Below, piece after piece: positions 1 to 10,412 of a DNA stretch of 64,000 bases. The notes beneath the pieces were generated by a model that saw only the letters and a program-made list of their open reading frames with translations, made no database searches and was not told the origin of the DNA. The stretch is from Escherichia phage MLP3. Positions within the stretch are counted from its first letter, which is position 1, and each line of letters opens with the position of its first letter. The translations under genes were made by a program, and so were the position numbers. The stretch lies in the sequence record OK148440, one strand, 5' to 3'.

Positions 1-13
1 CCAACTCAGTCAG

Positions 14-853
14 ATGTACACCCCTAGAACTCAACAAGGGTTGGACCAGATGAATGAGTTGGCTCAGAAATATCAAAACCTAGTTAATAAGGGTGGTATC
101 ACTGCTCAGGATGTTAATAACTTTAGCTCTGGATTGAATAACTCTGCATTAGCTAAATCTACAGGTAAAGCTGCTGCTAATGTATCTCTTGGTAATGGTT
201 CTGATTCAGGTTCTCTTAGACGTGCTGCTGCTCAAGGTGCTGCTCTCTCTTCAGCGAATACAAACCTTTCTCGTTCTATTCAAGGTAAGAATATGGGTGT
301 TAACACTCTTCTGAATAACAACTCCTATCATCAAGGTTTGCTCAATGCTCAGTCTGGTTTAGCAAATCAGAACCTGAATCTAGGAGCTGCTGGGGTACAA
401 GCTGGTCAACAGGCAATACATAATCAGCTCACTGCCGGGAATCTTCAACAGCAGCAAGATCAACTCCAAGCTAACAACAATTGGGAGAATGCTATTGGCA
501 ATCAGCAGTATGGTTGGAATCAGCTTAACAATCAGCTTAATGTATTAAACTCAGTAAGCCCAATGGCTGGGTACACTATTACTAATAGAGGTGCTGCCCC
601 TAATGCTTCACAACAAATCCTTGGTGCTGGGGTTACTGGTCTTGGTATTGCTGGTCGTCTAGGTGCTTTTACCCCTAACCAGCAAACTACTAATGCTTGG
701 AATTCGTACAATGCTTCTGGAGGTCAAGCTGGGATGGCTGGTCCTATGATTGGTGGCTCAAACCTGTCTCAACAGAACGGTCAGAGCAACTGGTTATCTA
801 CCGCAGGGAGTAATATCTTAGGTGGTGTTCTAGGAGCCTTTGGAGCAAATTAA
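14..853 (+). CDS. virion-associated protein, Gln/Asn/Gly-rich low complexity (possibly 5'-truncated at window edge)
   Basis: ATG at 14 but frame is open back to window start; low-complexity composition typical of fibre or internal virion proteins; co-oriented with structural block. Confidence 0.45.
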   Translation: MYTPRTQQGLDQMNELAQKYQNLVNKGGITAQDVNNFSSGLNNSALAKSTGKAAANVSLGNGSDSGSLRRAAAQGAALSSANTNLSRSIQGKNMGVNTLLNNNSYHQGLLNAQSGLANQNLNLGAAGVQAGQQAIHNQLTAGNLQQQQDQLQANNNWENAIGNQQYGWNQLNNQLNVLNSVSPMAGYTITNRGAAPNASQQILGAGVTGLGIAGRLGAFTPNQQTTNAWNSYNASGGQAGMAGPMIGGSNLSQQNGQSNWLSTAGSNILGGVLGAFGAN

Positions 854-862
854 GGAGGAGCT

Positions 863-1831
863 ATGGCTTTATTTGGTGGTGGGAGTAGCAAGACTACTTC
901 TAAAATGACAAGACCTGACTACATTCAATCCTATATTGATCAGTTGGTCAATCAGGTTAATAACACTAGTTCAGGCGATTATGTGTATCGAGAAAATGTT
1001 GGACTTAATCAAAACCAGCAAGAGGCTCTGAACAATCTATCACAATCTGGTGCATTAGGTGCACTTTCTTCTCAATACATGGATGCTGCCCAATCTGGTT
1101 TAGGGTATCTAGATAACGCATACTCTGGATACAACAACCTTGCAAACTCTGGTCAAATCACTGGAGAACAGATCGGTGCTCTTGCAGGCCAGCTCTATGA
1201 CGACGAGGCTGTGCAAGCAGCTATTGCAGCGAATAATGAACAAACCCAACAGAGTTTGGCTAGGAATGCACTTCCTCAAATCTCTCAGCAGTTTGCTGGT
1301 CAGCAAGGTTCTGGTGCACGTATGGCTAAATCTTTTGCTCAGGGTGATGCTCTGAACCAGATGCAGAACACAGCAACTAATATTACTAATAGTGCTTATG
1401 ACTCCGCTCTAACTCAAGCACAGAACATTCTTTCTGGTAATAGACAAACACAAGCATCTGCTTTAGGTGGTTTATCTAACATTGGCTCCAATCTTGCTAA
1501 TCTAGGAAACCAAGCTGGTCAGTTATCACAACAGCAAATGATGAATCAGTGGAATGCAGGACTGCAACAGCAGCAACAACAGCAGTCTGATTTGAACAAT
1601 GCTTATGAGAATGCTCAGAATGCTGCTAATTGGGGTTGGCAGGATATTAACAATCAACTAGGTGCTGCCGGGGTTCTTAATGGAGCTTTAGGGACAACCA
1701 CAACTACTAAAACATCTGGTGGTAGTGGAGGCTTCCTAGGTGGTGCTGCGAGTGGTGCTGCTGCTGGTTCAGCTTTTGGCCCTTGGGGTGCTTTAGCTGG
1801 CGGTGTTATCGGTGGATTAGCTAGCTCTTAA
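863..1831 (+). CDS. virion-associated protein with Gly-rich hydrophobic C-terminal tail
   Basis: ATG preceded by AAGGAGG; Q/N/A-rich; C-terminal glycine-zipper-like segment. Confidence 0.55.
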   Translation: MALFGGGSSKTTSKMTRPDYIQSYIDQLVNQVNNTSSGDYVYRENVGLNQNQQEALNNLSQSGALGALSSQYMDAAQSGLGYLDNAYSGYNNLANSGQITGEQIGALAGQLYDDEAVQAAIAANNEQTQQSLARNALPQISQQFAGQQGSGARMAKSFAQGDALNQMQNTATNITNSAYDSALTQAQNILSGNRQTQASALGGLSNIGSNLANLGNQAGQLSQQQMMNQWNAGLQQQQQQQSDLNNAYENAQNAANWGWQDINNQLGAAGVLNGALGTTTTTKTSGGSGGFLGGAASGAAAGSAFGPWGALAGGVIGGLASS

Positions 1832-1845
1832 TTAGGAGAATAATT

Positions 1846-3513
1846 ATGCAACAAACTTCTTATGCGTATCTTCGCAGTCAAGACCCAAGAAATCAGATTT
1901 ATGGTGTTAAACAAGGGGCCGCTTCGGCCTCTCCATACATGGCAAGACCTGCTTATCCAGCTGCTGATGTTTCTATGTATAACCGGAGACCTCCTGCTTC
2001 TCCTGTAGGTTTGTCTTCTCTTGTTGCCAATGCTCAAGAAGACCAAGAAGCTATGTTAAATCCGGGATTTAAACAGCGCCTTATGGAAGCAGAGAATCAA
2101 GGAACTCCTACAAGCCTTCAGGGTATTGATATTGGTGAACCAGCTCCTGCTATGAATAACCCAGATCTATCCTCTGATGAGGGTCTACAAGCTGCTGGGT
2201 TGATGCCTAGTGACCCACTTCCTGTTACTCCTCCTCGTAAACCTCTGGAAGAAACAGATAAAGAGTTCTCTCCAGTTCAGGTGGAACAGGCTCAGAATGT
2301 TATTAACACTTTAGCTAATAGTAATCCAGCTCCTGAAGGTATGGCTGGTGCAACTCGTGCTAAAGACCAAGAACGTATTAATAATGATATTATGGAAGTA
2401 GCTAAAGCTAAAGACCCAGCACAAGCTTGGAATGAGCTTCAGAAGCAACCGTTCTATCAGAAGTCTAGTTTCTACACTGGCTTAATGGGTGTTGGTCTTT
2501 CTATCATGTCAGGTAAATCCCCTATTGAAGCTTTCCAGATTGGTTCTGGCTTAGCTGCTCAGGATGAAACTAAACAACAACTAGAAGCCAATCGCGATGC
2601 TCTGTTAGAACAAGGCTACTCTCAAGATTCAGTTGCTGCTGCAATTGCTTCGGGAGATCCTTCTCTTCTCAAGATGCGTCAGATGAGTCCTCAGGAGAAA
2701 ATGGCTCTTGCTGCTCAGGATGAAGAACGTGCCAATCGTGAGTGGGATAGACGTCAACAGATTCAAGAGAATTCGATGCGGGAACGTGCTGCTGAAACTC
2801 GTCGTGCTGCTGAAGAACGTGCTAATGCTCAGTTCGAGAAACAGAAAGAACTTATTGGATATCGTGATCAAGTTAAAGCAGAGCGTGCAGAGAAAGCTGC
2901 TCAGAGCTTTACTTTCAACCCTAAAGAAGTTCGTCTGGCTCAGAATACAGCAGAAGGTACTGTTGCTAAACAGTGGGCAGAAAAAGCAGGTCTATTTAAT
3001 CAGTCTCACAAAGACTTGGATTTAGCTGACAAAGCTATTAAAGATAAGGATTATCAAACTGCTCGTTCTGCTTACATGCAGGCTATCATGAACTCCGCAA
3101 GGGCAGAAATTGGTGCTAACCGCTCTCTCCAAGCTGATGACTTGGCTCACTTTGCAGAAGACCCGTCAATCTTTGTTAAGGTTGGTAATACTTGGTCCCT
3201 TAAAGCAGGCTATCGTCCTTCCGATGCTGCTCTGTCATATGCTCGTAAGCAGGCAACTGTTGGTGCTACTTCCGCTGAGAAAGGTGTGAAGGATGCTAAG
3301 AAAGCAACAATTGAGGCATATATCGGTTCTGGTATGGATAAGAAACGAGCGACAGCTCTTGTCAACCGTGCTATTCCTTCTGCTGGTTTCTATGACCCAT
3401 TCGGTACGTTTGAGAGTGAAGCTGAAGCAGCTGTTGGTGGAGATGCTACAAATCCTCGATTAACAGGTGCTCTTTCTTCTTCAGCGGCAGATACGAGTTG
3501 GATGTTCCAGTAA
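1846..3513 (+). CDS. virion internal protein, coiled-coil, Ala/Glu-rich
   Basis: ATG with upstream TAGGAG; 555 aa; position between virion genes. Confidence 0.5.
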   Translation: MQQTSYAYLRSQDPRNQIYGVKQGAASASPYMARPAYPAADVSMYNRRPPASPVGLSSLVANAQEDQEAMLNPGFKQRLMEAENQGTPTSLQGIDIGEPAPAMNNPDLSSDEGLQAAGLMPSDPLPVTPPRKPLEETDKEFSPVQVEQAQNVINTLANSNPAPEGMAGATRAKDQERINNDIMEVAKAKDPAQAWNELQKQPFYQKSSFYTGLMGVGLSIMSGKSPIEAFQIGSGLAAQDETKQQLEANRDALLEQGYSQDSVAAAIASGDPSLLKMRQMSPQEKMALAAQDEERANREWDRRQQIQENSMRERAAETRRAAEERANAQFEKQKELIGYRDQVKAERAEKAAQSFTFNPKEVRLAQNTAEGTVAKQWAEKAGLFNQSHKDLDLADKAIKDKDYQTARSAYMQAIMNSARAEIGANRSLQADDLAHFAEDPSIFVKVGNTWSLKAGYRPSDAALSYARKQATVGATSAEKGVKDAKKATIEAYIGSGMDKKRATALVNRAIPSAGFYDPFGTFESEAEAAVGGDATNPRLTGALSSSAADTSWMFQ

Positions 3514-3538
3514 TCTAAGACCTAAGTCCTATCTCTTA

Positions 3539-3549
3539 TAATGTATATA
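3539..3549 (+). promoter_or_regulatory. TAATGTATATA motif about 35 nt upstream of the 1481-aa gene (candidate phage-specific promoter element)
   Basis: exact motif; recurs upstream of other genes on both strands. Confidence 0.35.
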
Positions 3550-3583
3550 GGAGGTAGGACATTTTTATTTATAAGGAGACGTT

Positions 3584-6500
3584 ATGGCTAATTTAAAATC
3601 GTGGGAAGAAGCTTCCAAAGCTCCTGCGTATCTGAACGCCTCTCCAGAGCAACAGGCTCAAATGAGAGAACAATACAAGGCAGCAGGGGGCACTATTCCT
3701 GAGACTCAACCACAAGAGCAACCACAACAAGAAGAACGAGGTGCTATTGGGGAGTTTGCTCAAGGTGTGTCTAACGCTCTTCAATCAGGTGGTGCTAACA
3801 TTGCAGCTAGTGCTGCTAAAGGTTTAGGTGGGCTGGTAGAGATTGGTGAAAACTTAACTGGTTCGGAAACAAGCTATGGTAAGCGCATTCAAGAGAACTC
3901 TAAGCAATTGCTGGAAGAACGCTTATCTAAGATAGAAGATGGTTTTGGTAAAACAGCCGGTCAGTATGCTGGTGTTGCTGCTGATATTGGTTTGACAGTT
4001 GCAAACCCTGCTGTTGCTGCTGCTGTTATCGCAGCTCGTGAAACAGGTCGTGCTTATGCTGATCAAACTCCTAAAGAAGATGAAGATAAGTCAGTCTTAG
4101 ATGCTGCTCTTGTTGGTGGTGCTAACTACGCTGCTCAGAAGATCCTTCCGGGCATGACTGGTACAGCTTCTACTACTCTAGGTCGTGTAGGACAAAGCGT
4201 AGCCTCTAACGCGGTTGCTGGTGCTAAGGGTGGTGCTATTGTTGGTGCTGCTGAAGCTCAGAACAAATATGGAGATGATACTACTCTAGCTAACGTATTA
4301 GAAGGGGCTATTGAAGAGGGTGCACTCGGTGCTGCTTATGGTGGGACGATTGGTGGGGTTCATGGGTTAATAAGCCGTCCTAGCCCTCAAGTGTTTGATC
4401 GTACTCCTGAGCATGTTAAGACTGACATTGCTGCTGAAGATGAGGCTATTCGTAAAGCTGCTAACGCTGATGAACTTCGTGAAGCCTATGCTAAAGCTGA
4501 GAATGCTAATGCTGCCTCTGCTTTAAACCTTCTGGATGAAAATGGTTTCCGAATCACAGATGCAGTTGCTATGGACTCTCCTGCTGTTCAGCGTATATTA
4601 AATACAGACCAAAGTCGTGCAGAGAAGGCTGCTACGGTTCAGAAAGATAGCTCTAACGTTCCCGGTCTTAATCCTTTAGCTTCTCCTAAAAAGACTCAAG
4701 GTAAAGCTTTTGCTGACAATGAGTACAACCAGAAACAAGCTGTGGCAATGAAAGATGCAATGGCTGACTACACTAAAGATAACACCAAAGCCCTTACTGA
4801 TGTTCTAGACAACCTAGACCGAGAGTTAGTAGCTCTGAGAGCAAGTGGTGATTTTACTGGTAGTGCTATTGACATTAAAAACCGTACTCAAGCTGATCGT
4901 GATTTTATTGATGCTTATAAAACTTTTTACAGTGAAGCTAATCGTTTCAAAGCTCGTGATGGTGAAGACCTAAACAACTTCATTGATAAAGCTACTCAGT
5001 TGCAGAAGCTATCTGAAAATGTTTCTCCAGAAATGAAGAAGGCCATTGGTGGATTAAAGAAACTAAAAGGTATGCCTGAAGGTTTTAACCCTATCCAAGA
5101 TGCTTTCACTCTGAATAATACAGCTAAGTTCATGAGTAACCAAGACCGTGGTTGGACCTCTCTGACTGATGACGGTTTTCGTGAAGCTCCGGCTCCTGTG
5201 TTAGTTAAGAATCCTCTCGGTGCAGCCAAGTATGTACTTAACCGCTTTACTTCCGATCGTGCTCGTGCTCAACGTGAGAAGCAACAGTCAGCTAATAGTG
5301 AAGCTATCCGCTCTTTGGCTAGGGCTGATTTAGAAGTACAACGAGCTAGGACTCAGGCTGAAGAAGCAAGAGCAAAAATGGAAGAAGAACCAACCACAGA
5401 AGACATCAAATTCCGTACTCAAAATGATGCACCTTCCGAACCGGTTCGTGAGGAGCCTTCTGCTACTACTGTGACGGAAGAAATTCCTTCCTCTCCAGCT
5501 CCAACTGAAACACCTCTTACTGCGAGAGATTTGGTTGCTCAAAGACGTGCTCTCCAACAAGCAGAGCTTAGACGTCAAGAAGCTGAAGCTGCTCAGGCTC
5601 AAGAAAGTGCTACACCAGAACCTGAACCGCAGCAAGAAGCTCTTACAGCTAGAGAATTAGTAGCTCAGCGTAGGGCTGTAGCAGAGGCTAAGAAGCGTCA
5701 AGAGGCAGAGGAAGCAGAACGTGCTAAAGAAGCTCCTGAGGAGGCCGTAGAAGGGCCTAAAGAGAAACCTGAGCCATTACCTGCTCGTGCTCCTAAAGCT
5801 CCTGAGAAGGCTCCTGAGCCTGTTAAACCGTCACTTGGTGTAGAGCGTCTAGCTTCTATGTCAACTGCTGCTCGTCAAGCAACGAAAGACCGTGCTGATC
5901 GATTTGCTCGTTCTTTATATTCGGCTGCTGCTAAAGCTAAAGCCACTGCGGAAAACTTCCTTTCTTACAAAGGAGACCCTAAAGAGCTTATGCGTCGTAT
6001 CCGTCAGGAAGACCAAGCAAACAACACACAGCGTCATGAAGAGATGGCTAGAAACCAACTAGCTTCACAGCAAGGCATTGCTTCTGCTAAATCTCAACAT
6101 GTTCGTGCTTCTTTTGCTGATTGGGTGAAAGAACGTGGGTTGCCTTCTGATATTGCTACTAAGGCTTTACGGGCTGAAGAGAAAGGTTTAGGTGGGAACG
6201 TCACAAGTCTAGATTCACTGAAGCGAAGAGCTGAGCGTTTATATCAGAAACAAAGAGATGATGAGTTTGACCGTCTCTATCGAGAGGCTCTAGAAGAGAA
6301 TAAAGCTTTTGATAAGAGAGATACTCCTAAACTGGTAGACCAGAAGAAAGAGCTTCAGGATGAAATTGGTGCGTTGCTTGATGCTGAACCGTTACGTCCT
6401 GCTCAGAAAGATGCTATGCGTAGGATTATGGAAGACTTCGTGGAGAGTAAGTTTAAATCTTCAGAGAGAGCTGGAAGGGTTGAGGCTTTGGAAGTTGGTC

Positions 6501-8029
6501 AGATGAAGGATGTGTGGGATGGGTTTATTAATACCTATAACCGAGAAGTTAACATGTTCAACAAGGCTAACAAGAATTCTCAATACGAAGCAGCAGCTAA
6601 ACACTTGCAAGCACGTCAAGAACGTCTTGAGACGCTCCGTAACAGAGCTAAGGCTCGCAGTGATGCTAAGGCAGCCATGGAGGCTGAGAAGCAGTCCTTG
6701 GAGGCTATAGCGGCTCAGAAATCAGAGATAGAGAAGATGTTCAAAGAATTGCCTGAAAGTGTCAGAGAGGCTCAGGAAGGGCGTACTTTGAAACAGCTTG
6801 CTGCTCACCATGATAAGAACTCTCCAGTACCACCAGAGCGTTTCCGTAGTATCATTGAACGTATTCACAACGCTGAGAGTGATTACCTCGATCGCAAACG
6901 TCGTTTGACCGAAGCAGAGGAAGATGCTCGTGAAGCTAAGTGGAATAGGATGTATGAACAGGCTGAGGAAATGAACCGTAAGTTTGATATCGATGCTAGA
7001 GTGAAGAGAGATAAGGCTCTGAAGGAAGCTCAAGAACGAGAAAATGACTTAATGGCAGTTCAACGTCAGCGTGACGACATTCATAAGCGTTTGGTCAATA
7101 CTCTGGAAGAGAAGGGAGTTTCTAGAGAAGATGCTGAAGCATATGCTGGGTCTTACATGGATAATCGGTATGCTTTGTTAGAGAAACCAATGACTCCAGT
7201 GGAACATCAGAATGCTCGTGCTCGTATCGAATCTGACGTAGAGAAGTTTGTTAAGAAATACGAAACAGCTACTCCAATCGAAAGAGAGATTGCTAAAGCA
7301 ACTGGTGATGCAGATGGGAAACCTTCTGACTTAGATGCAGAAACATTAAAAGCTATCGAAGATGCTCGTAAAGTTGATTCCGATTTTAAGAAACTCTTAG
7401 ATGAAGAGAAGGAAATGGAGAAGATTCGTTCAGCTCTACCTGAAGATGAAAGATCTCAGGCGAACTCTGATATTCTGGAAAGTATTAAGAAACAGGAAGA
7501 TGATTTTGCTAGCAAAGCAGAGAAAGCTTTTATTGAAGGGAAGGACTTGCAGGAGTTAGCGAGTGTTGCAGAAGTTCTAGATAGGGTTCATGGTGCAGAC
7601 AAGGCTGGTAACAACCGTCGATTTGTACGTGCTCTACAGACTGCTGCCGAGAACAAGAAACGTTATGGGGATAATCCAGTGGCTTGGTTTAGTGCTGATG
7701 ATTACTCTGCTATTGCGAAACTTGGTGCTGCTTCGGCAGGTGGTAACAAATCTCGAGCACTTGAGAAAATCTTTGGTTCTACAGCAGAACAAGCTAAAGG
7801 GAAACTTTTAGGGCGGGATGATGTAGCTAAGATTAGACGTGTGATTGAAGCGAATCCCAATGTTAAGATTCCTTCTTACAAGACAACTACTCGACAAGAG
7901 TACATGCAGTTCTTGGAGAAGTATAATGACGAGGGAGAGTTGAAAGTCAAACGTGGTTCTCTGTCTGACAAGTTGGAGAGAAGTAAGCGTCAAGCTAAAC
8001 TCCGTGTTAGAGTTCGAGCTAAGGAGTAA
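3584..8029 (+). CDS. large virion protein (1481 aa), candidate internal core / DNA-ejection protein
   Basis: ATG with AAGGAG; long Ala-rich and coiled-coil segments; largest ORF; last plus-strand gene before terminator. Confidence 0.6.
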   Translation: MANLKSWEEASKAPAYLNASPEQQAQMREQYKAAGGTIPETQPQEQPQQEERGAIGEFAQGVSNALQSGGANIAASAAKGLGGLVEIGENLTGSETSYGKRIQENSKQLLEERLSKIEDGFGKTAGQYAGVAADIGLTVANPAVAAAVIAARETGRAYADQTPKEDEDKSVLDAALVGGANYAAQKILPGMTGTASTTLGRVGQSVASNAVAGAKGGAIVGAAEAQNKYGDDTTLANVLEGAIEEGALGAAYGGTIGGVHGLISRPSPQVFDRTPEHVKTDIAAEDEAIRKAANADELREAYAKAENANAASALNLLDENGFRITDAVAMDSPAVQRILNTDQSRAEKAATVQKDSSNVPGLNPLASPKKTQGKAFADNEYNQKQAVAMKDAMADYTKDNTKALTDVLDNLDRELVALRASGDFTGSAIDIKNRTQADRDFIDAYKTFYSEANRFKARDGEDLNNFIDKATQLQKLSENVSPEMKKAIGGLKKLKGMPEGFNPIQDAFTLNNTAKFMSNQDRGWTSLTDDGFREAPAPVLVKNPLGAAKYVLNRFTSDRARAQREKQQSANSEAIRSLARADLEVQRARTQAEEARAKMEEEPTTEDIKFRTQNDAPSEPVREEPSATTVTEEIPSSPAPTETPLTARDLVAQRRALQQAELRRQEAEAAQAQESATPEPEPQQEALTARELVAQRRAVAEAKKRQEAEEAERAKEAPEEAVEGPKEKPEPLPARAPKAPEKAPEPVKPSLGVERLASMSTAARQATKDRADRFARSLYSAAAKAKATAENFLSYKGDPKELMRRIRQEDQANNTQRHEEMARNQLASQQGIASAKSQHVRASFADWVKERGLPSDIATKALRAEEKGLGGNVTSLDSLKRRAERLYQKQRDDEFDRLYREALEENKAFDKRDTPKLVDQKKELQDEIGALLDAEPLRPAQKDAMRRIMEDFVESKFKSSERAGRVEALEVGQMKDVWDGFINTYNREVNMFNKANKNSQYEAAAKHLQARQERLETLRNRAKARSDAKAAMEAEKQSLEAIAAQKSEIEKMFKELPESVREAQEGRTLKQLAAHHDKNSPVPPERFRSIIERIHNAESDYLDRKRRLTEAEEDAREAKWNRMYEQAEEMNRKFDIDARVKRDKALKEAQERENDLMAVQRQRDDIHKRLVNTLEEKGVSREDAEAYAGSYMDNRYALLEKPMTPVEHQNARARIESDVEKFVKKYETATPIEREIAKATGDADGKPSDLDAETLKAIEDARKVDSDFKKLLDEEKEMEKIRSALPEDERSQANSDILESIKKQEDDFASKAEKAFIEGKDLQELASVAEVLDRVHGADKAGNNRRFVRALQTAAENKKRYGDNPVAWFSADDYSAIAKLGAASAGGNKSRALEKIFGSTAEQAKGKLLGRDDVAKIRRVIEANPNVKIPSYKTTTRQEYMQFLEKYNDEGELKVKRGSLSDKLERSKRQAKLRVRVRAKE

Positions 8030-8036
8030 ACAAGAA

Positions 8037-8077
8037 AAGCCCCCAACCTGTAAAAAGGAAGGGGGCTTCTTTATTTC
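8037..8077 (+). terminator. rho-independent terminator after the 1481-aa gene
   Basis: AAGCCCCC / GGGGGCTT 8-bp stem, 16-nt loop, then CTTTATTTC. Confidence 0.6.
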
Positions 8078-8146
8078 TAGATGTTAGAATCCATCAAATT
8101 CATCATACATCCCAATTTTCTTCTTCAAAGTCAATCATAAAACCTC

Positions 8147-8446
8147 CTAGATTAAATCGTAATACTTAATAATATCAGAGAGCTTAAACTCTCTAATGTC
8201 ATTCTTGTCATTATCCCAAGCAGTCATTATCCAACAAGGTTTGCCCCCATTATGATAAGGGGAAGAAGCAACTGAGGTTCGTATAGGAATAACGGAGCGG
8301 TCTGCAATCTCGCCTCTCCAATTACGATAGCTAAAGCGAAGAATTTGTTTCGTAGATACTTGATCATTTGTGCTTTCCTTGTTCATTGATTCAAAGACTT
8401 CTTTTTCTTCAGGAGTCTCTAGATTTTTTAAATTCACGTCTTGCAT
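8147..8446 (-). CDS. hypothetical protein (start placed at internal ATG with AGAGGA RBS)
   Basis: ORF overlaps 3' end of HNH gene; start uncertain. Confidence 0.35.
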   Translation of the reverse strand: MQDVNLKNLETPEEKEVFESMNKESTNDQVSTKQILRFSYRNWRGEIADRSVIPIRTSVASSPYHNGGKPCWIMTAWDNDKNDIREFKLSDIIKYYDLI

Positions 8447-8813
8447 CGTTTTCCTCTTTAGTTTTAATCTTATGGCACGGTTCTTTACATAAGACCTGAA
8501 AGCCATCTTTCTCAACCAAAGCTCTCTCAATAATCTCATCCCAAGTAGCTTCATGGTCCACTGGAACAATAGGCTCGATGTGGTCGACAGCCACCTCTTT
8601 CAGAGGAGAGTCATTACCGCACATGGCACACTTGTAGTGCATTGCCAGCTTGCCAGTCTTAGGGTTGATTTTACGTTCTGTCTGAGCTTCTTTGAGAGCA
8701 TCAAACATAGGCTTCCACTTTCTAGTCAGAGAACGAATCCCTGACTTAATGAAGGAGTTGTAACGTGCTTCAGTCCACTGATTTGAACATCTTGTCTTCT
8801 CAGCCTTCGCCAT
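8409..8813 (-). CDS. HNH endonuclease
   Basis: VDHIEPIVPVDH HNH core flanked by CxxC and C..CH zinc-finger-like pairs. Confidence 0.6.
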   Translation of the reverse strand: MAKAEKTRCSNQWTEARYNSFIKSGIRSLTRKWKPMFDALKEAQTERKINPKTGKLAMHYKCAMCGNDSPLKEVAVDHIEPIVPVDHEATWDEIIERALVEKDGFQVLCKEPCHKIKTKEENDARREFKKSRDS

Positions 8814-8991
8814 AACCTACATCCATATCAGCGTCTTCCCAAATGCGTTTATTGACTCGGTGTGATTCTTTATCAGCACGAGGGATACGACCTGTGCGAC
8901 GATCAAATGCTTGGTGCTTAATCTTTTGATCTTTACGAGATTCACGAGTAGAGAAGTTTTCATCATACGAACGATAGTCAAATTTACCCAT
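8800..8991 (-). CDS. hypothetical basic protein
   Basis: ATG with AAGGA RBS. Confidence 0.45.
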   Translation of the reverse strand: MGKFDYRSYDENFSTRESRKDQKIKHQAFDRRTGRIPRADKESHRVNKRIWEDADMDVGYGEG

Positions 8992-9001
8992 TATAATATC
9001 C

Positions 9002-9823
9002 TTATTCCCAAGTTTTATCTAACCATGACCAATCAAAGAGGTCACCTTCAGCTTGTCCAACGAAGAGCAATCGAGCGTTTTCTAACATCTTATCTTCTGC
9101 TTCTTCCTCGAACCTCTTATAGTATTCCATTCGTATAATATGATAAAGAGTCCACTTATCGAATACCTTCTCAATAAGTTTGATTGCAGCCTTGCTACCA
9201 ATGCCTTTACGGCGCATAACCAAGTTGCCACCCCACATCATTTCAACCTTCTCACCACAACCGGGAATATTATCTGTATTATCCCCAATCAACATTTGGT
9301 AGAAGAAATTCTGCCATGCTACTTCTTCTGATACATAATGAGGAGGTACTTCTTTCTGTCTTTCTCCACAAGCCCAACGATAATGCCATCCGGGAGTGAT
9401 TAACAAATCTTTATCACGAGTACAGATAATCGTATTCTTATCTCGTCTCTGTCTTTCAGCTAGGGCATCATCTGCCTCTCTCCCAAAGACTTCTACATAC
9501 TCGTAATTTTCTTTAATATAATCACTAACGTTCTGCCAGTGGTGGGGTCTTTCTCCCGGTGGGCGATTAGCTTTGTAGCCTTGCTGTTTAGCAATGTTAA
9601 ATCGAAAGTTACCACCTTCACTGAAGTAAAAGATTGTTTTCTCACAACCTGACCTTGCAATGATTACATCAATTTTGTGTTGAAGTCGTTCAATCAAGAA
9701 TCCATAATCAACTGGAACACGACCTGTGTCTAGAAAAGGATGCTCTTGTGTAAGAGCACCGACTTCATATCGCAGAACATCTGCATCCACAATTGCTACT
9801 TCAGGATAGATTACATCAGACAT
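9002..9823 (-). CDS. 5'-3' exonuclease / flap endonuclease (FEN family)
   Basis: GREADDALAE motif typical of 5' nuclease family; table start is TTG at 9850, ATG with GGAGAG RBS at 9823. Confidence 0.7.
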   Translation of the reverse strand: MSDVIYPEVAIVDADVLRYEVGALTQEHPFLDTGRVPVDYGFLIERLQHKIDVIIARSGCEKTIFYFSEGGNFRFNIAKQQGYKANRPPGERPHHWQNVSDYIKENYEYVEVFGREADDALAERQRRDKNTIICTRDKDLLITPGWHYRWACGERQKEVPPHYVSEEVAWQNFFYQMLIGDNTDNIPGCGEKVEMMWGGNLVMRRKGIGSKAAIKLIEKVFDKWTLYHIIRMEYYKRFEEEAEDKMLENARLLFVGQAEGDLFDWSWLDKTWE

Positions 9824-10412
9824 AGAGTTCTCTCCGTGTCCGTACAACAATCCAGTTTAAATAATCTACTGCATCTTCTACAGTAGAATTATTCGCTAGG
9901 TAGTATGTATTTCTCTGACTACCTTCAATGTAGGAACGAGAATCTCCTTTAAAATCACAACCTTCACGAATCACCTGAATTACCTGAACATGGAAATGTT
10001 TCTCTAGTTCTTCAACTTCGGCTTTGAACCCACCATCAGAGAAGACGATAACATCATTCTGTGATGGGATACGTTGTTGAATACTGCTAACAGCAAGTTT
10101 ACCCATGCAGGTCTCACCAAACATAGGCTTCAGGTAATTCTCGCTAGTTGCAATCATCAAGTCTCGAACTGACTTACCGTCCCATTCAGGACGGCTATGT
10201 TCTTTCCACTCACGATCGTTGTACAGCTCCATGAACTCATAAAGAGGTAGACCTAATGCAGCAGCAGCCACTCGATACATAGGCTCCTTAAAAGCCTTTA
10301 CATGAGGCCTAAACTCGGTGTTACCAAGTGTTTTCTCTAACCAAGAATTAGCGATTGTATCTTTACCACAACCCGGTGGTCCATTCAGAATTACTACTAA
10401 TGGTTTACTCAT
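9816..10412 (-). CDS. P-loop nucleotide kinase (dNMP kinase-like)
   Basis: Walker A GPPGCGKDT near N-terminus; about 200 aa. Confidence 0.5.
   Translation of the reverse strand: MSKPLVVILNGPPGCGKDTIANSWLEKTLGNTEFRPHVKAFKEPMYRVAAAALGLPLYEFMELYNDREWKEHSRPEWDGKSVRDLMIATSENYLKPMFGETCMGKLAVSSIQQRIPSQNDVIVFSDGGFKAEVEELEKHFHVQVIQVIREGCDFKGDSRSYIEGSQRNTYYLANNSTVEDAVDYLNWIVVRTRRELYV

Noticed and set aside
1109-1355. ORFs 1109-1306 (-) and 1140-1355 (+) inside the 863-1831 gene
   Set aside because: Antisense or alternative-frame ORFs embedded in a longer co-oriented gene with a strong RBS; hydrophobic low-complexity translations.
2629-7993. Multiple 60-110-aa ORFs on both strands inside the 1846-3513 and 3584-8029 genes
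   Set aside because: All lie within long ORFs that have clear starts and RBSs; their translations are L/S/F/R-rich, typical of out-of-frame reading.
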